46,434 nt of DNA, from NCBI GenBank assembly GCA_030167865.1, contig JALAGF010002467.1, positions 1 through 46,434 on the forward strand. The letters are read 5' to 3'. Source of the DNA: Craspedostauros australis (Eukaryota). The notes under the pieces were generated by a model. The model did no database searches, was not told the DNA's origin, and was given only the letters and a program-made list of their open reading frames with translations. The stretch's first letter is position 1, and each line of letters begins with the position of its first letter. Position numbers and translations under genes: made by a program. Shown here piece by piece: positions 31,380 to 41,777 of the stretch.

Positions 31380-31418
31380 TGTACACATTGTATTGTACAC
31401 ATTGTGCTGTACACATTG
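31380..31418. repeat. 14-bp-period tandem repeat with core TGTACACATTG x3
   Basis: Copies start at 31380, 31394 and 31408, in the 3' flank of the carrier gene. Confidence 0.85.
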
Positions 31419-31566
31419 AATTGAGCATATTGTAGTGCACCGGAGAGTAGGTATGTTCATTCGTTCTGTTCATAGTTTACTTTGTACAGTGGATTGTGCT
31501 GCATTGCAACAACCAATGCAGTAGCATCATACCATACCATGCCATACCACAATGTATTCCACCATG

Positions 31567-32994
31567 CTACGACAAGGCGCGGTTCTGCATGGCCTTATGA
31601 ACGACGGTCAGTATCTGCTCGTACGTGAGGAACGTGAAGGCCGCCGTGAGGACAGTTTGCAATAGCTTGGCGCGCATGCCGGTGAACAGACTGCGCAGTC
31701 CACCGTTGCGGTAGAGCTGGATCAGGCAATCCAACGTGCCGTCGTAGCTGGTGTGCGTGGACTTGTCCAGCCGCAGCACCGTCTGCGCCAGCTGCAGAGG
31801 GTACGTGAGGATGGTGGCGATGCCCTTGGCGGTGGCGCCCAATGTGAAGGCCTCGATCGGCGTGAGCGATGTGCCTCCGTTGCTCGACATCGCCTTTGCT
31901 GTCGCCATCATGGCGCGCGCGGCGAGACGGCGGTTCTTCAGCTGCTCGTAGCAGAAGAACTGGATGATGGGGTTGGAAACCAACAGCAACGACGCAGATG
32001 TTCCGTTCCACATGTGCTGCAGTCCTTTCTGTTGCACCATGTGAATCAATTCTCGCAGGAGGTTGTTGGTCTCCGTCTGTCCAGTCACGATGGCAATGTT
32101 GACCACCCAAAGCGGGTTGGTGAGCAGGACGTTGCCGATCCCGGCCAAGCATGAGGTGATCAAGGATGCTATCGCCGACGATCGTTGCTGCTTGCGGTCG
32201 GCCACAAAGAGCATGGCCTTGATCAGGGCATGCAAATAGAAGAAGACGAATTGGCTCGTCGCCAACGTGGCAATGATCGGTCCAGCACCTTGGTAGAGCT
32301 GGCCATTGCTGCTCAATCTGTGCAGGGCTTGGAGCAGTCCCTGCTTCTTCGTCGCATCATCCTGCGTCGACGAGGCGCATGCAGAGTCATCGGATGGGTT
32401 TGTGTCGTCGCACGATGGATCTTCCTGCTGTTGCTGGTGATGATGACCATGAGAATCATGATGGCGACTGGAGGAATTGGAAAGCGGTTCGTCTTGCTGC
32501 ATAGGATCGCTGCTGACAGTGGACGTCTGGTTGATGTTGGTGACTTCATCCCACGAAAACACAGAGCCCTGCGATGGCATCTGGAGGCTGTTGTCGTCCT
32601 CCGGCACGAGAGGTGGGAGCTGGTCATCTCCCGGTCTCTGCTCATCCTCCTCCGGCTGTTGTTGTCGCTGCGCTAGATCTGACACGTTGTTCATCTGCAC
32701 GTTGGTGGAGGTGAGAAGGTCGGCCTGAAGACCGGAGATGCACAGATCGTCGTCATCGTTGCCGTCGATGGCGCTGCTGGTAGGACTTCCGTCGCTGCTG
32801 TTTCCATCGACGTCCCGTCCGTCCGCCGATGATACCTGCGGTCGATCAGAAGATACCCTGGATGCCTGCGCTTGGAGGTCGATCCTGGCGCGTTCCAGCG
32901 GATAGAACAACAGCATCGCCATCGCCGATCCCACCGCTCCACCCATGGCATGGGCGATTGGCGGTGCCGCCGCTGCATGCCCAACGGGTGACAT
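31567..32994 (-). CDS. Mitochondrial-carrier-family protein, peroxisomal PMP34/SLC25A17-like (adenine nucleotide/CoA carrier)
   Basis: Three carrier repeats with signatures YPLERAR, NPLWVVN and YPLQLAQ. LLLVSNPIIQFFCYEQLK and GMRAKLLQTVLTAAF are typical of PMP34. Confidence 0.88.
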   Translation of the reverse strand: MSPVGHAAAAPPIAHAMGGAVGSAMAMLLFYPLERARIDLQAQASRVSSDRPQVSSADGRDVDGNSSDGSPTSSAIDGNDDDDLCISGLQADLLTSTNVQMNNVSDLAQRQQQPEEDEQRPGDDQLPPLVPEDDNSLQMPSQGSVFSWDEVTNINQTSTVSSDPMQQDEPLSNSSSRHHDSHGHHHQQQQEDPSCDDTNPSDDSACASSTQDDATKKQGLLQALHRLSSNGQLYQGAGPIIATLATSQFVFFYLHALIKAMLFVADRKQQRSSAIASLITSCLAGIGNVLLTNPLWVVNIAIVTGQTETNNLLRELIHMVQQKGLQHMWNGTSASLLLVSNPIIQFFCYEQLKNRRLAARAMMATAKAMSSNGGTSLTPIEAFTLGATAKGIATILTYPLQLAQTVLRLDKSTHTSYDGTLDCLIQLYRNGGLRSLFTGMRAKLLQTVLTAAFTFLTYEQILTVVHKAMQNRALS

Positions 32995-34117
32995 TGCTGA
33001 TTATGGTGGCTCTGCGGTGACGGCGCTCAACTCAGAGGTTCGGATGCCCCGATGTTGGTCACTGCGACGGATTGTCACTGAGAACGCCAATGACGGCGCG
33101 AATGCAATTTGAGCTGCACGCAGGTTGGAGTCTTTGGGTTGTCGCGAACCAATCGAAGCGTGATCGTATTATTGTTTGTGGCTGTGGACCTTGATCTGAG
33201 TGCGACTGCTCCAAATGAACAAGCAACAGCAGCAACAGCAGCAACTCCGAGTCCAACACTCCTCGAATGCTCCCACCAATGATCGATGTAGCTCGCACGA
33301 GTGTTGGTAGAGTGCGATCTACTCACGCAATACCCCTATTCGCACTTGGATCCGCACCTCGTACGTCGATGATCCGAAGAGGTGATGGATGGTTTGATGA
33401 CGAGGGACAAGAGCAGACGAATTCAAATGAGAACACAAGTCCTTGTGCGAGGTACGAACTCCTCTCTCGAAAGAAACGTGGAATGGCTGATGACATCGCG
33501 TTCCTGTCGCTGTTGTCGCCCACGATGCGAATTGCTTCCACGGCAATTTTCGGACCTTGGCATCAGAGACATTAATCGCCACCAAGACAAGTCCAACGAA
33601 ATTGCAATTGTTTGCGTGCCTTGTCCAATCACCTCTCTGGTTGAAGTTCTGATCGAATCTAACCTAGTCTATGACTCATATGACCTCATCATCACCAATG
33701 CGACTCTCATGACGTCACGCAACATCCATCAACACACAACGTGGAAGCAGGCACGTGTTTGGTTCTCTCCGATGTTCGCAGAACAACCAGCCACAGCAAC
33801 AATCGCGCACAAGAGTGATGAGCATCAGCCATCACTGCCACCGACACTCGCCACCCACCACAGAACAGCACCAAAAGAAGAAAGATCCCAACCGGACAAG
33901 CAACAGCCACGCCACCACCACCACCAACACCGCCATCGTCACTACCATTAACAGCAGACTGCTTTCGCTACGAGCGGAGAGAGGTCGAAAGCTTCGTCCA
34001 AACAAGGACGATGCAACGACAGTGAGCATGACCCCCACCAGTCCGCCATGCACACGTCGAGGCAGACGCATACTCGTTCGTGCGCGGGGGAGAACAGGGA
34101 GATGGGACTTCATCTCC

Positions 34118-36100
34118 ATGCAGATCCAGATGCAGATGTTTCTGTTGTTGATCGTGATGGCAGCATGCCTTCCGATTGCCACCAAAGCCTTCACGGTGTC
34201 ATCGCCAACCCCACCTCTCCCCTCTCGATGTTTGTCCCATCAAACCACCAGTTGCTTTCATCCTGTACAGATGCAACGAAGAAGAATGCATCCAAGAATA
34301 CAATCTACACACTGCTCTCGCCACAATCAACGACCCCACGCCATCCATGCAAGCATAGACGATGCTTGCGACAGCGACGCCTTTGCGAATGACGAAATAC
34401 CGTTCGATGATGATTTCGATACCGATGTGGTAGAGTACGGGTACGATGGCACTGATATCGTCGTCTCACATGTCGACCACCAGTACGAATACGGCGACAA
34501 CGATGTTCTTCCAGATGCGTACATGGATGACGACGATCTGCTTCAGCTCAATGGGATTACGTTCGTGCCCATCAACCAGCTTTCCCGATCGGACAGCAAC
34601 GGCAGCAGCATTGGTCAGGATGACGACTATGGTCTCATCGACGACGACGATGACGACAGCGATGTTGACGGGCGAACGTTTGCGACGCATGGCAATGCCA
34701 CGCTACCCCGCTTGGTCAATGGCACGATCCCCGTCATGCCACTCAAGGAGTTCCGCCAACTCTCATCCAACCTCTCCTACTTTTACCTGCGCGATGAGGT
34801 AGGTTTGTCAGAGGATATCATGTGGAAGATCACCATGGAGGCTGGATCGTCGTTGACGATGACAGCGGCCAATATCCGCAGAAAGATCGATGCCCTACGC
34901 AATGGCATGGCTCTGTCGGACGAAGACATTCGCATCATCATCGCCAAACAACCGACGCTGTTGCATCTCAGCGCAGAACACAACATCGCGATCAAAATCA
35001 GATACCTGCAGCAGAACCTCAACCTCTCCAAAAAGGACCTGCGCATGATAGTCGTCAAATTTCCAGCCATCCTTTGCTACGCCATTGACAACCTCGAGCG
35101 CAAGATGAACTTCTTCCTCAAAACCATGAAGTACAGCAACGCAGAATATCGACGTCTTCTGCTCAAGGAACCGAACATCATGGGAGCAGCCGTCCAGACG
35201 GGGCTGAGGCCGCGCGCGGTGTTCCTGGTGCGAGAAATGGATTTCCCGCTTGACCAGGTCCGAAAGCTCTGTCTGGCACACCCGCGTATTCTCAAAATGA
35301 GCCTCGACAACAACCTCCGGCCCAAGCTGATCTTCTTCTTCATCCTCACGCTGCACATGCAACCACAGGAAGTCCTCAAGCTCCTATTGAAGTACCCCCA
35401 AATCCTCGACTACAACCTGGAGAATCACATCCGACCCATGACGCGATTCTTCCTCAGCCTGGATCTGAGCGCTCACGAAATCGCGCGCATGCTGCTCAAA
35501 TACCCCAAACTCACCACCAACGCCCTTCCCAAGATCAAACGCGTGGTGGGATATCTGCGATACCAGCTTGGTCTGGAGGCTGCCGACGTGCGCCGGATGC
35601 TGTACCAATCACCGCAAGTCGTGGGATTAACAACGACCAATCTGCAAGGCAAGGTGGAGTATCTGGAGAGCGTGTGCCCCTCCATCCGCAAACTCATCGT
35701 GGGCGCGCCCACTGTGCTGCACCTCAGCCTGGACAACAACCTCCGCCCCAAGATTGATTTCCTGAAACAGTATCTGGGCGATGAGGAACTCAGCGCCGTG
35801 CTGGAATCCTTGCCACCCTTGCTGGGATACTCCTTGCAGAATCGCATCAAACCGCGTGTGGAGGCCATCGTCGCGGCCAACGTTCCCGTAACCGCGGTGA
35901 CGGTCGCAATGCCGCTGGCACAGGCCAAGTTCGAAGGCTGGTTGTCTCGCAAGGCAGAGAAGTTGGCGCGTCTTGCAGAAGAGAATGCAAAGCAGATCGG
36001 TGTTGACGACCGGCCACCGAAGGTTGAACTGTCACAACAAGAGGAGATGGGTGACAGCAACGGATCCAGGATCAAGCACTGGACTCGTGAGCGTCGTTGA
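34118..36100 (+). CDS. mTERF-repeat protein, probably plastid-targeted (alternative start ATG 34028)
   Basis: Signal peptide ending TKA-FTV. About 10 mTERF repeats (e.g. HPRILKMSLDNNLRPKLIFF, YPQILDYNLENHIRP, PTVLHLSLDNNLRPKIDFL). Confidence 0.9.
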   Translation: MQIQMQMFLLLIVMAACLPIATKAFTVSSPTPPLPSRCLSHQTTSCFHPVQMQRRRMHPRIQSTHCSRHNQRPHAIHASIDDACDSDAFANDEIPFDDDFDTDVVEYGYDGTDIVVSHVDHQYEYGDNDVLPDAYMDDDDLLQLNGITFVPINQLSRSDSNGSSIGQDDDYGLIDDDDDDSDVDGRTFATHGNATLPRLVNGTIPVMPLKEFRQLSSNLSYFYLRDEVGLSEDIMWKITMEAGSSLTMTAANIRRKIDALRNGMALSDEDIRIIIAKQPTLLHLSAEHNIAIKIRYLQQNLNLSKKDLRMIVVKFPAILCYAIDNLERKMNFFLKTMKYSNAEYRRLLLKEPNIMGAAVQTGLRPRAVFLVREMDFPLDQVRKLCLAHPRILKMSLDNNLRPKLIFFFILTLHMQPQEVLKLLLKYPQILDYNLENHIRPMTRFFLSLDLSAHEIARMLLKYPKLTTNALPKIKRVVGYLRYQLGLEAADVRRMLYQSPQVVGLTTTNLQGKVEYLESVCPSIRKLIVGAPTVLHLSLDNNLRPKIDFLKQYLGDEELSAVLESLPPLLGYSLQNRIKPRVEAIVAANVPVTAVTVAMPLAQAKFEGWLSRKAEKLARLAEENAKQIGVDDRPPKVELSQQEEMGDSNGSRIKHWTRERR

Positions 36101-36432
36101 TATGACATACAGTGGGGGTGGTGGTGATGGACTTGAGAAGGTGCATACACGTACGAGCATGTAAGGTACATGCGTAGACTACATGCAAATGTCCGTGCAT
36201 TCATCTGCTCTCACAGCAACTGCATCATGGTAGATATCATACGAGTATATCATATCCCTGAACAAATCACCATGCCATTTCGATGCATGTGAGAACAAAG
36301 GGTTCTCTGCCATAAGCACGAGAAAACGTCCTCTATTGTATTCTACTCCAAACTTCCACATCGTTCGATAGAGTCAAAACTCAGTTTGCATTCATTCAAT
36401 TCTGCATCGAGCCGTCGGACACTCAAATGATG

Positions 36433-37090
36433 TCATATCCCCACCCGTTTCGCGTTGATTTGGCTCTGTATCGATGCCTTGATCTTCTCACCCACTTCAT
36501 CTGGTATGCTATTGTGCGCTGGGATCTTGTGTGCCTCCGCAACCAGCTCTCCGTATGTGACGCCGGAGATGCCGTTGCTGTTGTTCTGAATCGCCACCTT
36601 GGCGCTGTAGATCAGATCATCTCTCCATTGTGCGTCGGCCATCAGAGATGCGTACAACTGTTGTTGCATTCTGAAGTGGAGTATCGTTTTGTTGAATGGG
36701 ATGAAATCGAAGTGAATTGAATTAGGCTCCGAAGAACGGCAGCAACATCAGGTCCGATGGTATCAAGATACGGGGTCCGTTGATAGGTATTGCATGTTTT
36801 CGTATAGTATGGGTGGGGGTGAGTTCTTGGGCCATGACAGAGATAAAGAGGCCAGCACATCACATCACATCACATCACATCACATCACAACATGACAGAC
36901 ACATCGTTCCATTCTTCTGCAAACACACGTCCCCCACCAACATGCTGATTCGGGCGTAGAATAGAACGGAGCAGATGACTCACCTCTGCCAGTCTCCGTT
37001 CATCTTCAGCTCATTGACGACCTCGATTTGGAGGTTTTTTTCTTCCGACGACGGCTTGGGCCGCTTGCTTCTCCTCATTTCGTTCGTCAT
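36433..37090 (-). CDS. ENY2: ENY2/Sus1 (SAGA DUB module / TREX-2 subunit); exons 37090-36984 and 36670-36433
   Basis: Spliced product MTNEMRR...ELKMNGDWQR|MQQQLYASLMADAQWRDDL...VTYGELVAE...IPDEVGEKIKASIQ matches the ENY2 pattern (GWRD, VT..ELV.E, VPDEV). GT-AG intron at 36983-36671. Confidence 0.75.
36856..36889. repeat. (CACAT)n microsatellite in the ENY2 intron
   Basis: About 6 tandem CACAT units. Confidence 0.9.
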
Positions 37091-37483
37091 GTTGTATTGT
37101 TACAGGTCGTTCCTGCGAAAGTAATGTTGCATTCGAAATATGATATTATATGATACCAAGGAGCAAAGGTGTCTGACGGCAATGCAATGGAATACTCTCC
37201 AAGACCGGAAACTGGGGAGAATGCGCCAGACGAGCTGCAGACGAACGACAGTCGCGCCATGGTCGACCAATCTCACGATCCTGGCTTGGTGCTGCATTTC
37301 CTGGTTTCGAAACGTTATGCAGGCGTTAATCCACGCGATACCATCGTTGTCGACTCACTGGACCGTTTCGGATGCCGATTTGTTCCTCTCATTTTTCTGA
37401 ATTTTCGTGGAATCCTGAAAGTGTTCCACGCACACGGTTCGAGACGATGGTGGCCAACCGGTACCCCCCTCCCAACCTCTCGA

Positions 37484-37538
37484 CATCCATCCACCCATCC
37501 ATCCACCCATCCATCCACCCATCCATCCACCCATCCAT
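37484..37538. repeat. 12-bp minisatellite (CCATCCATCCAC)x~4.5
   Basis: Tandem copies directly visible between the divergent ENY2 and carbamate kinase genes. Confidence 0.9.
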
Positions 37539-37680
37539 CGTTCATCCTCCATTCTTCGTGGTATCATAATTATTGCTCCCAATACGCTGGCAATCAAGCA
37601 AGGACGCAGGAAAGACGGCAACCAAGACAACGATCTCAACCCTGAACATCAACCTCGCTTCCACTTCCCCCAATTACAAC

Positions 37681-39232
37681 ATGATGCTGTCAAGGACCTT
37701 TCAACCATTGCAAAAAAGCATCACGCGCCGATTTTTGGCCGCACCTGCATCCACTTCCAGCACAAAAGCGTCGGAACCCTCCACTGCAGGATCGGATCTT
37801 GCAAACAAGAAGCTGCGGTTGGTAGTGGCGGTTGGTGGCAATGCTCTGCAACGTCGTGGGGAACGTCTCACTATCGAGAACATGCTCAAGGCAGCTGCCG
37901 ATATGGCACCCACCATGGCGAAGTTGACGAGGAAGCACGAGATTGGTAGGTGCATGATTGTCGATGGCTGTGTGACCGTTGCCGTCAATGCTGGTGCTGT
38001 TGATTTTGCATTGTGCTGTGCTGCGATGCGATCGCATAACATTCTAACATTGCTGTGCTGTACTCGCACATTCATGCTCACCTTCAAATTCAGTTCTGAC
38101 GCACGGAAATGGTCCGCAGGTTGGAGAATTGGCTTTGGAACGTTCCGGTGCCACATTCGATGTGCTGGGAGCCGAAAGTATGGGACAAATCGGCTTCGTT
38201 TTGGCGCAGGCCATGTCGTCGAACGGTGTGACGGCCGTCCCAATCCTCACGCAGGTGGTCGTCGATGCCTACTCGGATGCATTCAAGGATCCCACGAAGT
38301 ACGTTGGTCCCATCTACGGCCCCCACGAAGCGCAAGCCTTGCAGCAGTCGTTGGGGTGGACGATCAAGCCGGATGGTGAATACTTCCGCCGTGTTGTACC
38401 ATCACCAGGGCCGCTCGAGATCCTGCAAATTGATGCCATCAAGACGTTGTTGGAGCATAATCCATCCGTGCTACCTATCGCCTGCGGTGGTGGCGGTGTG
38501 CCCGTGTCACGCATTCCGGCCAATCCACAGACGTTGCAGGGCGTAGAGGCCGTGATTGACAAGGACGCATGCGGCGCCAAACTGGCGACGGAATTGGAAG
38601 CCGATGCGTACATTATCCTCACAGACGGTGGCGGAATCTGGGAGAACTTTGGCAAGCCCGACGCTAAAGAAATGTCTGAAGTGACGCCGGAATATCTTCT
38701 GGGAACCAAGGTATGTATTCTTTTGCCCATTTTGATGTTTGGTGAAATCGAGATAGCAGGCCTGCTATGATCAGTCTTGCAACTGGAAATGAAATTGGAT
38801 TGTGCTTCGACGGCAACATCTGGGTGTGGTTTTACGTTGATTCCGTCGTGAACACCTCTCGTATCTCCCAGCCACCCCTGCGTCATACCTTGAATCGTGT
38901 GTCCTGTCTTGGAGCGCTCCATTCTTACGTACTCAACGCATCAACCTCTTCTCTTCTTTTACTCCTACCATCGCCACTACCACGGAACACAGGCTGGCAA
39001 AAAATTCCCAGGATCGATGGGTCCGAAGATTCAAGCCGCCATTGACTTCGTCCAGCAGTCGAAGCGACCTGGTGCTTGGGCAGCTATCGGCGATCTGAAG
39101 GATGTTGCGGATATCCTCGCGGGTAAAGAGGGCACCGTGGTGAAGACGGATGTCAGCGAAGGCGTTCTTTGGCGCGCTGGCAAGAGCGGACCAGGTCGCA
39201 AGGAGACCAAGGAACCACCGGCACGGGCGTAA
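37681..39232 (+). CDS. Carbamate kinase, mitochondrial precursor; exons 37681-37945, 38094-38710 and 38993-39232
   Basis: Mitochondrial presequence (MMLSRTFQPLQKSITRRFLA). Motifs VVAVGGNAL, LTHGNGPQVG (restored by splicing), PTKYVGP, FRRVVPSP, EAVIDKD and GSMGPKIQAA. Confidence 0.95.
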
Positions 39233-39807
39233 TCGCGGTGATACGTAGTCGTAAGCTTCATAAATATTCACAGATGCAACTCCCCGAAATCATAATCTTG
39301 AGCTTAGTCTTTCCTTGCAGGTCACCAGGGTCTTCCCAACCCGGTAATCCAGAAGAGGCACCATTGTATCCGAGTCATGCAGAGTATTTCATGGACAGAC
39401 AGGCCAGTTTGAGTCGCTCACGCCATGCCGATACCGATTCGAAAGCCAGGATGGAAGAACAAGTCTATCAAGGAAGACAAGGCGCGAACTTCTCGCTTGA
39501 GTCATACGAGTCGCACGACGCAAACCACAAATTGTTCCGGGACACATCACCACCAATCCAAACTGGATCTGGCAACATGCGAAAGGATGCAATTTGCTCC
39601 AACACATCACATCACACGACACCACACCAACTCTGGACATTGTCAACCACAAGAGCACAATCAATACAATTCGATACCCAGTCATATAATACTTGCAAGA
39701 GCACCGTCCTGCCACTCTCCAGCCGATCGGCAGCATCGGCAACAATTACATCAACAAACAAGCAAACGCTGCAAATCGGAGCGCGGCAAATCACGACCTG
39801 ATCAAAG

Positions 39808-40965
39808 ATGATGATCACCAGATCAGCAGTGTGCCTGCTCGTGGCATCCTCTCTGGCGCAAGCGTCGGCGTTCGTCGTGCCATTGGCTGGAAGATATTCC
39901 CAGCAGGCCACCGGCAGCAGCAGCAGCAGCACAAGCAGTCTTTCTGCTGATTCTGGAACGCCGAAGGGCCCAGCCGGAAGCTTTTTCAATCCCATCCCTG
40001 ATGATGCGGGCAATGACGACGACAGCAGCGGCAAGGAAGGCGAGGCTGAGGGTGCCACAAGCCAGAGCAACGATGATAAACCGGAGGGGGACATGGAAGA
40101 TGAACTCTTTCAAGTACTGAGACAGCGCAAGGGGGCAGCCAAAGTTTACAAGCCTTCCACGATCAAGGGTGTGCCAACATCGAAAGCGACAGGTGAGAAT
40201 CCAAGCACATGCTTGCTGCCTGTTGAAGCGATTGCATGTCGCAGCACCATTTCATTTTGTGACCGTATTGAAACCCTATCGATTATCCTTTTGGATGATT
40301 TGACGGAGTTGCTTTGATAAGATGATCATGCCCTGCATAATGGTCGAAGAGCTTGGGGCATTCATCTTCAGATATCAAATGCCAACAAACAGATCAGTCA
40401 TCTGAAGCATTCTCACAAACACTGTCATCCTTGATGTATGGTATCATGCATACGACCTGCGACACTCGATTGCCACGGGGGTTCGTCAAACGCACATGAA
40501 TACATCCGTATATGCATTGTATTCGCCCATGCATGTGTCCATGTGAACTTCACGTCAACAGGATTCGGAGCACCGAAGAAGACGTCGTCGAAACCGTACG
40601 TGGCAATAGGACCACCCGACAAACGGGTTAATGATCCAACAAAGCCTGAATACGACGACCAAGGATACACGCTTTATTCTGACGAGAAGACTGGAGAGAA
40701 ATCGCGTGTATTCGAAGCGCTTGTGGACTACCCTTGCATTTTCACGATGAAGATTGTGGGCGCCAACGAGGGTGCATTCGTGGAAGAGATGGTCGCCTTG
40801 GTGGCCGAAGCCTGCGAAACGGAGCTTGCCAACGTCACTCATTCAACCAGAGTGATGGGAAAATGGATGAGCGTGACTGTCAAGACACCCATCCAAAGCG
40901 CTGAGATGCTGTACTCCCTGTACGCAAAGGTCGATCAGGATCCAAGAGTGAAGTTCAAGTTTTGA
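39808..40965 (+). CDS. DUF493/YbeD-like domain protein, plastid-targeted; exons 39808-40192 and 40562-40965
   Basis: Signal + ASA-FVV. C-terminal VDYPCIFTMKIVG...GKWMSVTV...EMLYSLY..VDQDPRVKF is the DUF493 pattern. GT-AG intron at 40193-40561 is in frame. Confidence 0.85.
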
Positions 40966-41777
40966 ATATGGCGTGCAGTATCTGTTGAAGATATAATGCA
41001 TTGAATGCTTCTCAGCAGCACCTGCATCTTCTGCTGCTGCGATTGCGATTGCAGGCAACGGCAGTTACGATGGTATGCACGTTTGTCCGAGTGGTATGGT
41101 GCTCTCCGTGCATAAATTGTCTACCAGAGTCAGAGCTTCTTGGGTAGAGATACGTACACGTGGCAAGCATTATACATTCTTTGTTTGCGTGTTTGCGTGA
41201 TTGATTCATTGCTTGCTTTATTGATGATCCAGATTTGAAGAAGCAGAATCGTCGGCCCTGTCTGGCCAGAACGTTCTACGTGTACTGCGGTGCTATACTC
41301 GTCTTTATTTCAATACTCTGGAGAGTAGTCCAACATTGCACGGCACGGTCATCCACGGACAGGTCGATGACGGCAAAGCAACATTCCATCCCGCGTGCTC
41401 CATGCTATTATGCGAATGGCACATCACAGAATACTGTGTGACATTTTTTCGCTTTCGCGGAAGTAAAGTGTTATACTGAGTATCGACGTTTGCATGAGGC
41501 CCAGCAGACCGCGGGTCGCTACCTCAGCTTTCGCGTAATTGCATGGCATGGCATGGCACGTGAAGTACTCGTGCGGGTGTCCGTACCCGCAGGTACTCCA
41601 CCAGCGTGTATATGTATTTGAATTTGTTCTTTGAGCAGAGTACGGAGAACGCGAGCACAATAAAAGAGAAGTCAAGTCACGCTGTCACAAATGGAGCACG
41701 GTTCTCCATGGCAGCTCATCGATGGTTGACCTGCTTCCTCCCTTCATCGTCCGGCAACCATCTCGTCGTGTTCAGAT

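Noticed and set aside
36856-37538. Short tandem repeats considered as a CRISPR or telomeric array
   Set aside because: They are simple micro/minisatellites without spacers, in a eukaryotic gene context, and not TTAGGG-type.
39169-39801. 210-aa ORF between carbamate kinase and the DUF493 gene
   Set aside because: Non-ATG start and S/T/H/Q-rich composition typical of CA-rich diatom promoter/5' UTR sequence.
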